DNA of 64,000 bases from Eledone cirrhosa (GCA_964016885.1 OZ024745.1:75392001-75456000); one strand, 5' to 3'. Shown: positions 13,395-29,014, counted from the first letter of the stretch. The notes: a model not told the origin generated them from the sequence alone. A program made the numbers and translations.

Positions 13395-13549
<155 letters not shown>

Positions 13550-13572
13550 AAAAATCGCGAGAGAGGGGCGTG

Positions 13573-13634
<62 letters not shown>

Positions 13635-13914
13635 ATATATATATATGTGTGCGTGTGTGTGTGTATATATATAGAGAGAGAGAGAATGAGAGAGATCATG
13701 GAGAGTTTTGAGAGAAGTATAGATAAATAGATAGATAGAGTGAGAGAGTGAGAGAGAGAGAGAGAGAGTAACTGCGTAAAACCAGGAACCAGTTTTGATG
13801 TAGTTACTTCACTAATTTCATAATTTGATTAACTTCGAAATCCGTTGGTTTTGAGAAATTTAGATATCTACCATGTTTAAAATTTGCTCTATGAAATGTT
13901 ATGCATTCACACAA

Positions 13915-13974
<60 letters not shown>

Positions 13975-14320
13975 ACACACACACACTGGTTAATTTTCAC
14001 ACAAGGAAGGACAGCTTTTTGGACTGAAATGCATTTGGGATCTTATTAATTTAGTTATTTAAATTTTTGGCATCTTAATAAATTAATAAACGCAAAAGTT
14101 AAAAATGGCTTAAGAATTTCAACTACCTCACGATTCATTATATATATATATATGAATTGTTAGAATGTGCGTGTATGTGTGGGAATGTGAGCAAATAGAT
14201 ATAGACATAGATATATATGTGTGTGTGCGTGGTAACAAAAATGAAAATACATTTTGTCGTTTAAAGCATAGTAGCAAAGGACTGGATAAGCCTGAAATAA
14301 ATGTTAATATTTAATCTAAG

Positions 14321-14357
<37 letters not shown>

Positions 14358-14683
14358 GTGTATATATATATATCCATATATATATATATCCATATGTGTA
14401 TATATATAATCCATATATATATATATCCATATATATATATACACACATGTGTGTATATATATATATCTATATATAAATAAATATAAATTCAGCTAGAATC
14501 GCATTTCGGCGGGTATATGTATATATATATATATTTATATAGGTATATATAAATATATATATGTATATATGTATACTACATACATATACATAGAGAGAGA
14601 TTGAGAGAGCGAGAAATAGAATTCTAATTATATATATATATACATACATATATAAACATATATATATATATATATACATATAA

Positions 14684-14720
<37 letters not shown>

Positions 14721-14727
14721 TTCATAC

Positions 14728-14777
<50 letters not shown>

Positions 14778-14850
14778 GTATGTATATATATATATATGTA
14801 TATATTTATATGTTTTATATATATATGTTTATATATATATGTATGTATAC

Positions 14851-14895
<45 letters not shown>

Positions 14896-15274
14896 TATAT
14901 ATATATATATATATATAAACCGTAACATACATAAACCGTAATATCTATAATACGATATTTTCTATAGTTCTTTGTTTAGACAGCATCTTGGTTTATGAAA
15001 TTATTTCATATTTACCGTGTTCTTTTGCGAAGATGTTTTACACGAAAAAAAAAAAAAAAGGTTTTCGTTATATTCATGAAATATATGTTTGTAATCTGAA
15101 GCGCGTTTAAGGTTTTCAGATCACGATCGTGAATTCGTGAATTCGATTTCTATACTGGTTTATATACAAGATATAATAATTTTTTAAAATTTCGCTTCCT
15201 TTTTTTATTCGCTGATGACGGCAACACATAAGATATTTTATTGCTCCTCGTGCTAGAAACACTATGTTTTGTCC

Positions 15275-15635
<361 letters not shown>

Positions 15636-15849
15636 TATGTGTGTGTGTGTCTGTCTGTCTGTCTGTGTATGTCTGCATGTGTCTGTGTGTGTATACCATT
15701 TTCTCCACTAGTGTCAATTTGTGTATTTTCGGTATAGAATGCAAGTCACACCCAAACTCTTATACTTTTTATGGGTTTAAATGTATAATTCTCCAACATA
15801 TACAATATCGTACGATGGCCAAGTTTACTGTAGATAAACAGAGCCAAAT

Positions 15850-16125
15850 ATGTGATGGCCCCTTCATCCATGACCGACCATGAGGTTCAAGCCTGAGCAT
15901 GGTATTCTGTGGAAGATGAGCGGAGGTCCATGCGTGCCAGTCTCCCTTCACCAAGACAACAATGTTCTACAAACAAAGAGTAAATGTCGTCGTAACCAAT
16001 TCTTTTCAGCTGAGTAAACTGGAGCAACACAAAATTAAATGTCTTGCTCAAAGGCAACGTATCAAGCGGTTTGGGAATCAAGCAGGGTGTGCCTAATACC
16101 TTAACCATTAAGCCATACACCATCA
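15850..16125 (-). mobile_element. Older tRNA-derived SINE (second family), degenerate
   Basis: Reverse strand has a tRNA-like head and ttgagcaagacatttaattt..gttgctccagtttactcagctg body; related fragments at ~13100-13200, 23500-23632 and 34860-34940. Confidence 0.6.
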
Positions 16126-16474
16126 CCGAACAATATAAATTTCACCTACTGTCTACTTATTCTTTCGACCCTATGTCTACTTGTCCGTTCATCAATGTAT
16201 GGTCATTCAAGCAAATAACAGAAATACACTCAAGGGTAGGTCACTGTTTCTATGTTTATTAATCTCACGCGACAACAGGCCTTAAGATTAAGTCGAAAAT
16301 CAATACTTAGTTCTGCCCACGTCTAGTTCCAGGTGAAAATATAGACTGTAGTATAGTATTTCTTATATTTAAGCTTCTGAATGTAGTAGAGTGAACAGGT
16401 GTCAGTATGTGTGAATACGTATGTGTTCATCTAGTCATTTCTCCATGCATACATATATACACCAAACACATACA

Positions 16475-16537
<63 letters not shown>

Positions 16538-16540
16538 ATA

Positions 16541-16729
16541 TAACGAAGGAGGTGTGGTAAAGAACCAGATGGACCATAACGCACCAGAGTACTCAATGCT
16601 TAGGGTAGTAGAGTGGGTAATAGGAAAATGTTTGATCCCGAAGGCAAAGCTCAAGCCGTTTCGACGGCTATTTCTGGACTAGAAATAGCCGTCGAAACGG
16701 CTTGAGCTCTGCCGTCGGGGTCAAACATT
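16541..16729 (-). mobile_element. Family C fold-back mini-element
   Basis: Tail plus ~50-bp inverted repeat around ggact; TA flanks. Confidence 0.85.
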
Positions 16730-16879
16730 ATATATATATACATACATTTATATTTATATATATATATACCCGTATGGGGCTGACGGCAGAGAGAAAAGAG
16801 TACTCAATACCGAAATATTGTGTGACCCTGTGATTAACAGGCGAAATTCCAGAGTAACTATTTAGCATTAATAAAATTA

Positions 16880-16927
<48 letters not shown>

Positions 16928-17141
16928 CGTATGCTTATGTATGCATACACACACACACTCACACACTCACACACACACATAAATACACCATATGTATACA
17001 GAGTTATTCTAAATCCCCATACTTTAGTTCTAGAACTTAATTTATAAATTTTCTATATGCCTTAAAAATAATATTTTCATCTGAATAAATCTGCCACTAT
17101 TTGGTATTTAACTTTTAACAATTCGAACCACCTCGCCAAAC

Positions 17142-17252
<111 letters not shown>

Positions 17253-17312
17253 GTATATATATAAAATAAAGTTAAATAAAAGTCAAATGATTAAAATTTA
17301 GCTTCGTTTATT

Positions 17313-17367
17313 ACTGCTATATATATTTCAGTGACAGCCATCTTTGGCTGTGACCTCTTCAGGCAGT
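17313..17367 (-). ncRNA. Type I hammerhead ribozyme
   Basis: Reverse strand: actgc-CTGAAGA-g-gtcacagcca/aaga/tggctgtcac-t-GAAA-tatat-ATA-gcagt. Confidence 0.85.
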
Positions 17368-17481
17368 TTGAATTAGTATGGTATAGACAAGTACATATGT
17401 TGTTTAGGTGTATGATATTGTCAATACTCTGATATGCCCAGTTCCTTGTTGGGTTGTTAATTCACTGGGGAACTGGAGTCA

Positions 17482-17563
<82 letters not shown>

Positions 17564-17588
17564 AATATATATATGTATATATATATAT

Positions 17589-17685
<97 letters not shown>

Positions 17686-17712
17686 CATATATGTATATAT
17701 ATATATATATAT

Positions 17713-17859
17713 ATTTATTTATTAAAATAACAGATTAAAAGGTGAAAGCAGCAATTCTTTGCTTAACACCTTTAATCTGGGTTCTTATATATTTGATATA
17801 TATTTATCCTTATCGAGCCCTCTTTGGATTTTAGTCTTCAAATTTATTATTATTACTAT
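17713..17859 (+). mobile_element. Family E mini-element (internally deleted); inverted tail copy at 18060-18128
   Basis: Shares tttattaaaataacagattaaa arm and tatcgagccctctttggattttagtcttcaaatt tail with the copies at 41615, 53402 and 63714. Confidence 0.8.
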
Positions 17860-17860
17860 A

Positions 17861-17943
<83 letters not shown>

Positions 17944-17974
17944 ATATATATATATATATAATATATATATATAT

Positions 17975-18064
<90 letters not shown>

Positions 18065-18546
18065 ATAATAATAAATCTGAAGACTAAGATCCAAAATGGG
18101 CTCGATAAGGATAAATATATATCAAATATCCATGGAGCGCTTGTCTGCACAATAAGGAAGTAAGTTGCGTTTCGCTAATTTCTACCCGCCGAAATGCGAT
18201 TCTCGCTAAATTTATATTTGTATATATATATATTTATATGTATATATATATATATAAAATATATATACATGTATACATGTGTGTATGTATGTATATGTAT
18301 ATATATATATGAAAAAAGTTTGTCCTTCATCAGTGATCTTCCAACCATTATAGGCATTTCATCGCTTTAAAGACCATATACCTCTGGTTGGTGCGAGCAA
18401 CGGCTAAAAAAAGTCGTTGGGACACGTAAATAAAGGGGACGCGAGTGTAAACAAACAAAATGATGAAGCAACAGAAAGTGAGGAAGAAGGAGACAAGTCC
18501 AAAATTATATATATATATGTATATACATATTTATATATTTATTTAA

Positions 18547-18623
<77 letters not shown>

Positions 18624-19123
18624 AGATAATTTAATATAGATAATTTAGATAATTTAATATAGAAAATTTAAGTAAGTTAATTTTTTAAAAAAATTTCTTT
18701 AAAAAAAATTTTCTTATTTTACGTCTTTTATATATATATATATATATAAACAGAGAGAGTGAGAGAGAGAGAGAGAGAGAATGAGAGATTATACATGTGT
18801 GCGCTTATGCCTTGCCTGTGTTTATGTGCTGTACCTTAACGGTATGACAATAGTTGATAAAAAGATATTAGATTTGAAAGAAGTAAGTAGCGGGGTCGCT
18901 ATGATCGACTAAATAAAAGTGGTGCCCCAGCGTGGGTGCAGTCTAATGACTGTAATAAGTAAATGAATAAAAGAATATAAGAATAGTAAATAGGAATTGA
19001 AATAAAAATATTATTGAAGCTATTAATATATTTTAGATTTATTAGAATTATTATAAAGTTCATTGGTAATAAAATTGGATAAAAAACACACACACACATA
19101 TATATATATACGTACACACACAT

Positions 19124-19229
<106 letters not shown>

Positions 19230-19366
19230 GCACCCCTCTGTACATATAATAGGCTTATTTATGTGCATGTATGCGTGTATATGTTTGTACACATATATAT
19301 ACATACATAAATAGATAAATACACACATAAATACATCATATATATATATATATCAATATATAAATT

Positions 19367-19473
<107 letters not shown>

Positions 19474-19594
19474 CATACATATATTCGAAAAAGTATAATA
19501 CACTTTTGAAGCCTTTACACCCACCTCCATACACATACATACTCACACACGTACACACAAACAATATAAACACAATATGTTCACAAACTACCAA

Positions 19595-19707
<113 letters not shown>

Positions 19708-20157
19708 ATATATATTATATAATTTATTTACTGCCCCCGCCTCTCCTAAACCAAAAGACACGTTTGAAATTTCTGTGAACTTATTGATTGGACAATTATT
19801 GATTTCAATTGATCAGACCTTAACTTCAAAAGACAGCGACTGATACAAACAATGGATTTCCAAGATGAAAGACACATCTATATTGTTCCATAGTACCCTT
19901 GTTCCATGTATCTCGCCAACATTTCTAAAATAAACATATAGTTAGTACTATATGGAAATAATAATGGAATTTTACAGCTCACACTTCCTACAAGGCTGTA
20001 TCTCAATGGAGTTTTTTTTCAGCCGGTTTGTCATGCAAAACAATGTGAAGTAGAACGTCATGCACAAAAACACACCGCACCACCTCGACCAAGAATTGAA
20101 TTCACTTGAAAAAAAGATACTGAAATCAGTAAAACAAAATAATATGTATATGTATGT

Positions 20158-20228
<71 letters not shown>

Positions 20229-20370
20229 CGTAGGTCCCGGGTTGAGTCGGGGATAACCACAGTAAGTAAGGTACTCAATACATGGAGTAAACATTTTTTA
20301 TTTTATAGAAGGAGCTTCTACAGGACTAGTACTGTTTCATTCAGATGAAATCTTCAGGAAGCTCTACTAT

Positions 20371-20377
<7 letters not shown>
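20229..20377 (-). mobile_element. Family F-related mini-element
   Basis: Tail homologous to 53795-53871; TA flanks; carries a complete hammerhead. Confidence 0.75.
20312..20364 (-). ncRNA. Type I hammerhead ribozyme with GUA cleavage triplet
   Basis: Reverse strand: gagcttc-CTGAAGA-t-ttca/tc/tgaa-t-GAAA-cag/tactagtc/ctg-TA-gaagctc; 7-bp stem I. Confidence 0.85.
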
Positions 20378-20452
<75 letters not shown>

Positions 20453-20456
<4 letters not shown>

Positions 20457-20600
20457 ATAGTATCGTCTTCCTGTCTTCCTCCGATTGCAACGTTTTTTGA
20501 AATATTCACTTCTGCGTTCACAGATTGACTTTGTTAGTTTCAGAAGATCCCGTTAAGGGTAAAAGCAGCGATTGTTTACTTAAACTTTAATCTATTATTT
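20453..20600 (+). mobile_element. Family E fragment with mutated hammerhead (GAAA changed to AAAA)
   Basis: 20520-20593 matches the reverse complement of 56272-56347. Confidence 0.75.
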
Positions 20601-20847
20601 TATATATATATATGTATGTGTGTGTATGAATATGAATATGAATATCTATGTGCACATGTGTATGAATATCTATGTGCACATGTGTATGCATATGTAAGTA
20701 AACGCATGTACTTTCTGTATGTGCATATGTATATGCATATATGTACATGTAACATGTATGTATATATATATATATATATAGATAAATATATATATACGTA
20801 TATATACATATATATAGCTTGACACACACACACACACATGTATATAT

Positions 20848-20889
<42 letters not shown>

Positions 20890-20893
<4 letters not shown>

Positions 20894-21064
20894 TTTTCCC
20901 TAGTGTTGTAATATGAATATTACACACAGTAGATGGACAGCTCACGTAGGGTTTGCTCGACGGTTCCAGTTGTAGTTTAAAAAGTAATCCGGAGAAAATA
21001 GAAGGATTTAAATGGATACACGTGTCAATAAATTTCTTTTACTGAACTGTATCCATTTAAATCC

Positions 21065-21070
<6 letters not shown>
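20890..21070 (-). mobile_element. Family H fold-back mini-element
   Basis: 23-bp perfect inverted repeat 20998-21020 vs 21048-21070, ~105-bp tail, TA flanks; no hammerhead retained. Confidence 0.6.
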
Positions 21071-21095
<25 letters not shown>

Positions 21096-21376
21096 ACTGG
21101 CTAAAGTAGTTTTAAACTTTCAATATGTGTGAGCATATGCGTCTGTGTCTGCGCTACTAGTAGTTTGTATGGAAAGATTTGGCTATTTGAGTGATTATAT
21201 TACTTGGGATATTAGGTTGCAGACTGGTCAAGGCTAAACTCTATAATCTCACAAAAGTACATACTAAACTATGTCACATCTAGACTTTTGTACCATTTTC
21301 TTACTTTCAAGTACGTATGTATGTATGTATGTATGTATGTATGTATGTATGTATGTATGTATGTATGTATGTATGT

Positions 21377-21426
<50 letters not shown>

Positions 21427-21449
21427 ATCTCTGTCTCTATATAAATATT

Positions 21450-21493
<44 letters not shown>

Positions 21494-21516
21494 AATATTT
21501 ATATAGAGACAGAGAT

Positions 21517-21550
<34 letters not shown>

Positions 21551-21553
<3 letters not shown>

Positions 21554-21735
21554 CGAAGGAAATGTGGTAAGGAACCAGGTGGACCATAACGCACCAAAGT
21601 ACTCAATACTTGAGGTAGTAGAGTTGGTAATAGGAACCAGTAAGACCCCGACAGCTGAGCTCAAGCCGTTTCGACGGCTAATTCAGAATTAGCCGTCGAA
21701 ACGGCTTGAGCTCAGCTGTCGGGGTCTTACTGGTT

Positions 21736-21739
<4 letters not shown>
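21551..21739 (-). mobile_element. Family C fold-back mini-element
   Basis: Nearly identical to 53161-53355; palindrome centred at ~21685. Confidence 0.85.
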
Positions 21740-21810
<71 letters not shown>

Positions 21811-21828
21811 GTATATATATATATATAC

Positions 21829-22000
<172 letters not shown>

Positions 22001-22024
22001 ACATATATATATATTATGAACATA

Positions 22025-22066
<42 letters not shown>

Positions 22067-22144
22067 ACATACATATATATATATATTGTACATACATATA
22101 TATATATATATATTATAAACATATATATATATATTTGTATATAA

Positions 22145-22182
<38 letters not shown>

Positions 22183-22284
22183 CCCCGAATAGACAAGCAG
22201 GTCAAAACTGTGTAGGGGCATTTAGACTGGTGGTGATCACAGAGATTTTGCACTCAACTGTTGCCTGTTGCTAGTGTGTGTGTC

Positions 22285-22357
<73 letters not shown>

Positions 22358-22606
22358 AGACACTTTCATCGGAATTGTATTGAAATGTATATACATTTTT
22401 GGGGACACCCTGTATATATATATATATTACTTGCTCCAGCGTGTGGGAGCAGCACCAGCTCTGGCCTGATACTTTACCGACCCCGAAAGGATCAAAGGCA
22501 ATGTGGAGCTCATTAAGATTTGAACGTAGAATTTAGTGACACGGCATAAATACCCGGCGCTCTTTGACTTTGCAAAATGGACCGCTTATGTATGCATGTA
22601 TATATA

Positions 22607-22819
22607 TGACTATATATAAACAACTATCTGGTTGTGGAACCAACCAACCAACCAGAAATTTATAAATTTATAAATTTATTATAAATTTATTATAATAAAT
22701 TGAAGTGAAAGCAACTGGTGCGTGTGTTTCTTATTGGCAACATGACCCTCCCAAAGTATAACAATATCGGTTTCAACACACGATTTCAGATAAAGAATCT
22801 TGCTAAACAAATTCAGAAA

Positions 22820-22823
<4 letters not shown>
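22607..22823 (+). mobile_element. Family B copy without inverted arm
   Basis: Reverse complement of ~614-826. Confidence 0.85.
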
Positions 22824-22875
<52 letters not shown>

Positions 22876-22932
22876 TTATAGATACATACACACACACATA
22901 TATATACATATATACATATATATACATATGTA

Positions 22933-23017
<85 letters not shown>

Positions 23018-23074
23018 ATATACACATATATATACACACACACACACACACTTATATATAAATATATATATATA

Positions 23075-23407
23075 TGGTGGCTGCCAACTCGTTTTCGAGT
23101 ACGGCCACTACTTTATATCCATGTAGGAGAACCCCTACCGATGCGCTGAATGAGTGTGACTTTTTAGTCCAGCCAGCGACTTGAAAACTCTGGTACAAAC
23201 ACTACACTTGCGACAATTATTGACACATAGTGCTGGGCCCATGGTACCATGTGACGACAAGTGCAGAGAGATCTCCAGATATAAAGCAATGCCTGTGCCG
23301 TGAAGCTTTTATAGTGAGCAAAGGCACTGCACAAAGCCAGTCCCACTCTCTTAACCAAGATGATATTTACCAAGAAGAAGAACAAGTCAACATCATTGGA
23401 TACCATA
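23075..23407 (-). mobile_element. Non-autonomous RTE-derived retroelement, 5'-truncated
   Basis: Near-identical to 32375-32705 in reverse. Confidence 0.85.
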
Positions 23408-24227
23408 CATACACACACACACACATACTGATATATATATATATATAGACAACAAAAACAACACAACAACGACCTTAGAATTTACAGGTATAACTCACTT
23501 TTGCTAGGTAAGTCGACAGGACCAACGTGAAATTAAGTGTCTTACTCAAGGACACAACATCTCACAGGAAATCCAACTCGCGACCTTTCGATCGTGAGCC
23601 AAATGCCCTAACTACTTAGCCACGCGTCTTCACGCAACATCAACAATGGTTATTACAAAAAACAACAACAACAACAACAACATCAACAACCAATACTAAA
23701 TATGTGATGATTGTTTCGTTAACTTTTTGTGGGAATATTCCAAAGGGCCCGGTGAAGTAATGGCAACTTGCTGTAACGTGTAAAGCTTGTCAGAACATAA
23801 AGAAATAGATAGATAGACAATACATGGATAAGGATTCAGAAAGCGGGGGTGAGAGAGGGCAGAGAGTGAGAGAGAGAGAGAGAGATCGAAATAAATACAT
23901 AGAGAGATAGATAAAGAGAGAATGATAGATAGAGAGAGAGAGGGGGAGATCCGAGAGCGAGGGAGAGAGAGAAAAAGGGACCCATCAGTCGTTTACAGTT
24001 CGATGGAGATTCATGCATCACTCCATGCAGACTATGCCTTCGGTTGAGGCCCACTGACCCTCCATCTCCCACCTAACCCGTTCCATGGATTGCAGGGGCT
24101 AAGCGTCATTCATTATCCTTCTCCAGCACCATTCATCAAGATCATTCATCGTGATGATCGTTATCATCATCATTGAAGATTCCATTTACTACTTACAATA
24201 CTAGCCTCCTTCCCAGGCGTTCACATC

Positions 24228-24294
<67 letters not shown>

Positions 24295-24309
24295 GACATA
24301 TATATATAT

Positions 24310-24362
<53 letters not shown>

Positions 24363-24377
24363 GACATATATATATAT

Positions 24378-24454
<77 letters not shown>

Positions 24455-24469
24455 GACATATATATATAT

Positions 24470-24608
<139 letters not shown>

Positions 24609-24611
24609 GAC

Positions 24612-24732
<121 letters not shown>

Positions 24733-24783
24733 TATATGTATATATAATATATAAGATCATAAGATGGTTAAAAGAGTTTCAAG

Positions 24784-24854
24784 TATTTTATTATGCGCAT
24801 TTCAAAAACAAATATCATCATGGGATGATATCTGCGTTCTCATCAGATAAAATA
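24784..24854 (-). ncRNA. Type I hammerhead ribozyme with long stem II
   Basis: Reverse strand: tattttat-CTGATGA-gaacgcagatatcatc/ccat/gatgatatttgttttt-GAAA-tgcgc-ATA-ataaaata; palindromic ATGCGCAT. Confidence 0.85.
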
Positions 24855-24909
24855 GGGAGACATGATATGAAGCTTAAAAAACACTTGTGAATAGTGAAGT
24901 TTTAAATCA

Positions 24910-24966
<57 letters not shown>

Positions 24967-25003
24967 TATAAATAAATATATATATATATACATATATATA
25001 TAC

Positions 25004-25034
<31 letters not shown>

Positions 25035-25149
25035 CATACATATATATATATATATATACACACACACATATGTATATATATATATATATATATACATACA
25101 CACACACATACACACACACACACACACACATGTATATATATATATATAT

Positions 25150-25326
25150 AGGAAAATGTTTAACCCCGACGGCAGAGCTCAAGCAATTTCCAGAAATAGC
25201 CGTCGAAACGGCTTGAGCTCTGCCGTCGGGGTTAAACATTTTCATATTACCGACTCTATTACTCTAAATATTGAGTATTCTGGTGCGTTATGTTCCATCT
25301 GGTTCCTTACCACACTTCCTTCGTTA
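25150..25326 (+). mobile_element. Family C fold-back mini-element
   Basis: Inverted arm 25151-25183 vs 25210-25243, plus tail; TA flanks. Confidence 0.85.
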
Positions 25327-25432
25327 TATATATATATATAAATAAGGTAAACAGAAATAAAAAATTAAAAAAGAAAAAAACAGTACATGGAAGAAATATA
25401 TAAGTTTAACGCTTAAAATAGCAGGAAGAGAG

Positions 25433-25468
25433 TCTTAATGTTTCGGACACTAGTCCTTCATCAGAAGA
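25433..25468 (-). ncRNA. Minimal hammerhead ribozyme
   Basis: Reverse strand: tctt-CTGATGA-a-ggac/tagt/gtcc-GAAA-catt-aaga; degenerate relative at 39268-39300; CTGA(T/C)GAAGGAC half-sites at ~18323 and ~45184. Confidence 0.65.
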
Positions 25469-25629
25469 TAAAGTTAGAAATAGAAGATAAATAAAAAGTA
25501 AAGAGTGATATGAGGAAGGAATGGGGAAAAATGAGGAAAAAAAGGGGGTGAAAAAAATACACACGTGCGTATTCATTCGGCCATCTTGATCCCTGTGTTT
25601 GTTTTGTTTCGCAAGTGTGCGTGTGTGAT

Positions 25630-25698
<69 letters not shown>

Positions 25699-25706
25699 TG
25701 TGTATG

Positions 25707-25737
<31 letters not shown>

Positions 25738-25851
25738 CTCTGTGTGTGTGTGCGTGTAATTGTACTTGACAATGAAAGGTTAAGTATTGTGATGGTGTAT
25801 CTGAATTTTTACGTAACGAAATACTGGAAGCTGAACTATAACCAAGCTAAC

Positions 25852-25900
<49 letters not shown>

Positions 25901-26479
25901 GGAGACACACATGCACACACACTCACACACACATAAATGTGTATATAGCAATGCAAGGAATGGGCCAGAAATGAACAAAAAGAAAGATTGTTGTGACACA
26001 ATGATGCTGATAATAATAATAATGATGATTTGTTTTTACTTTTGGCGCAAGCAGGCAGTGAACCCGTATAGTATTTGATATCGACTTCAGTATCTGAAAG
26101 TTACATAGTTTACTGACCCCCGGAAAGATGAAAAGTAGAAGCAAACAGGGGCGGGATTTGAACTTAGAACAGAATGACGTAACTAAATATTTCAAGGAAC
26201 GTTTTCTGAACGTCTTATCGTTCCCGAATATTTGTAAGGAATTATCTTTCGTGGAAAGGTTTGAAAAGTTAACACGTGTATTTGGCGATGAAAAACTTCA
26301 AAAATTCGATTAAACGAAATACTTCCCCTACCACAGTAAAATATAAAATAAAACAAAATAAGTTAATTGTTCCTATTTTAAAATATACGTCATAACATTT
26401 AATGAACAAATAGACTAATCTTGTGTACATTTTTCTATATCCTTTTTTTCAATTTGTGATTTGTTTATGTCTATGACTG

Positions 26480-27950
26480 AATACCAGTGGTGTTAAAATA
26501 TGCGCTGGCGTTCATTTCTTAAGCTTAATGAAAACAAATTGCTAATATTATTTTTGGTATTTTTTCTTAAATAAGAATTTCACAATATTTCTAAACATTA
26601 AATTCACTGTTACATTAAATCACTTTGCAATAGTCTTTTTTTTTCCTGAAAGTTTCTCGAAAACCATTAGTTCAAGCAAGAGTTTCAATCTACAGCTCGG
26701 CTTCTGTTTAATATTTTCCACGCGCAATAATTACAAAAAAGTTATTCAATTAAACAAAATAAATAAACTTATCACTGAAAAATAATGTTCTATGTACAGT
26801 TTCAACACTAGATCAAAATGAAGGCGCCTGCATGAATGAAGCAAGAGACATTTCTCTCCAGCTTATAAACCTAATGGGTCTAAATTCTTTTAGCAATATG
26901 GGATGTAAGCTGCTATCACTTTTAAACGTCTGTTATCAGTTTTACGCGTCGAGAGAGGCAGTAAATTTATCTTGCTTATACTAGGGAGTATATAAATAGT
27001 ATAGAATTCAATTAAATGGTATTTTAAATCAATGATAAGGTTAGGAGGTTAGAACATGAAGCTATATACGTCGAAAGTAGAGCAGTTTCACTTGACTTTA
27101 TTAAGACAATTAACTCGATGCGGCAATGGAAACTTATCCATAAAGTGACTTCGTATAAATATCGCGAAAGCTCCTTAACCGGCTAAGTGATTTTTCAAGC
27201 CAACTCTTCTACTTCAGCTTCATTATATCCATCGCCGCCACATTTCTTCTTCCTTAAAGACGACTTTCCGAATCTCCAGAAAATACTTCATTGATAGTAG
27301 AGTAAAATTACTACGATATTCCTATTCTATAGTGTACATTATTTATTATATTGTATTCATTGACTTCTTCATTGTAGCGAATATAATTAATTAATTCTCG
27401 TTTGGGGTATTTTCAACGTTTTCAAACAATACTGAATTGTACATTTTCATATTAAACGAAATATTGAAGTAAGTCAAAGACTTAAGGCATTGCTAGATTC
27501 TCTGAAATGCTAGGCTTGCTGTCATTGAACATTGGTGTAATACATTCAATCAAACGTTGTCCAGTTCAATCAGTAATTCATTGTACTTTATATACAATAG
27601 TATTGCGAACTTCAAAGGAAATCAAAAATTTGTGAAGTCTTCTCATATATAATTGCGACATTTAAAAGTCTACTGATGAATAGGGATTTAAACAAACATA
27701 TGTTGCAAATATTGCACTGAATTTCTTGCTAGAATATATGGAGGAATCAATGAAATAATCATGGGCCTAATCATTTTGTCCTACATCAGCTTCTATTGCC
27801 TCAAGATTGTTGCAAAAATGGCCAATGGCAGTCGCCATTTAAAATACCCGCGTAATCGAGATTTTGACAAAATAACTTCCCAGATAAAATACCAAATACC
27901 TTTATACTAGTATACTAGTAATATTGCCCATGGGAAGGACAGGATATATA
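26480..27950 (+). pseudogene. Possible ancient hAT (Charlie/Buster-like) transposase relic
   Basis: Microsatellite-free 1.5 kb starting cagtggtg; scattered ISLQL (~26850) and HYIHRRH (~27220) resemble FSLQLDE and HCxIHR motifs in the expected order; no open frame. Confidence 0.25.
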
Positions 27951-28000
27951 TATATATAAGTAATAACACAACATTTAGTTCACCATACCGAGACCACTAC

Positions 28001-28039
<39 letters not shown>

Positions 28040-28043
<4 letters not shown>

Positions 28044-28401
28044 AAAAAGGGATGAAATCGAAAATGCAACTGAAGTCTTATTTTTTAAAAAAATATATAT
28101 ATTTATTTGGTTCCTTTACCGGTTTCGCAGTTCTTCTGCTTTTCAAAAGGTGAGTTGAGATGGAGGGTCTGTGGTTTTTCTCACATCAGATGTGAGAAAA
28201 ACCACAGACCCTCCATCTCAACTCACCTTTTGAAAAGCAGAAGAACTGCGAAACCGGTAAAGGAACCAAATAAATATATATATTTTTTAGAAAAATAAGA
28301 CTTCAGTTGCATTTTCGATTTCATCCCTTTTTCTTTATACTTCCACTCGCGTAGGACATCTCGGTTATTTTTCATTTTGTAAAAAAAACCTCACTTTCTA
28401 A
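28040..28401 (+). mobile_element. Family D fold-back mini-element
   Basis: ~147-bp near-perfect palindrome centred at ~28188 plus tail; TA flanks. Confidence 0.88.
28226..28263 (+). ncRNA. Minimal hammerhead with U3-A8 variant core (mirror copy 28113-28150 on -)
   Basis: cctt-TTGAAAA-gcag/aagaa/ctgc-GAAA-ccgg-TA-aagg. Confidence 0.7.
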
Positions 28402-28639
28402 TATATATATATATATATATATACGCAAAGATTCACCAATTCCTATTTTTTTTAGTTAAAAATTCCAAAAGTTTGTAATAATATGTTATCCTTCTCCGAG
28501 GGACATATATCGCAACTTCTGGAGCCATTAATATATTTATTTTCTACATAGCTGAAACATGTTATGCAGAGTAAATGCTTTAGTTTCTAGTACATTCATA
28601 TACACACATGTATACACTCATACAAATATATATATATAT

Positions 28640-28742
<103 letters not shown>

Positions 28743-28936
28743 TATATGTATGTATCTATATATACATATATATAAATATGTATATATATATACATGTACA
28801 TATATACATATACATTTTATACACACACACACATATATATTATATATATATATGTATGTATGTATGTATATATCAATCTGTTTGTATATCTTTGTGTGTA
28901 TGTGTCTGTATGTGTCTGTATGTAAGAAATGCACAA

Positions 28937-29008
<72 letters not shown>

Positions 29009-29014
29009 GGAGAG

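Noticed and set aside
15205-15275. CTGATGA...GAAA hammerhead candidate
   Set aside because: Core and stem III are plausible, but stem I does not pair; at best a decayed or truncated relic
23164-23469. Recurrent ORFs MVSNDVDLFFF.../MLGPWYHVTT... as a multicopy gene
   Set aside because: They recur only because they lie inside the RTE-derived repeat; overlapping ORFs on both strands, no recognisable protein motif
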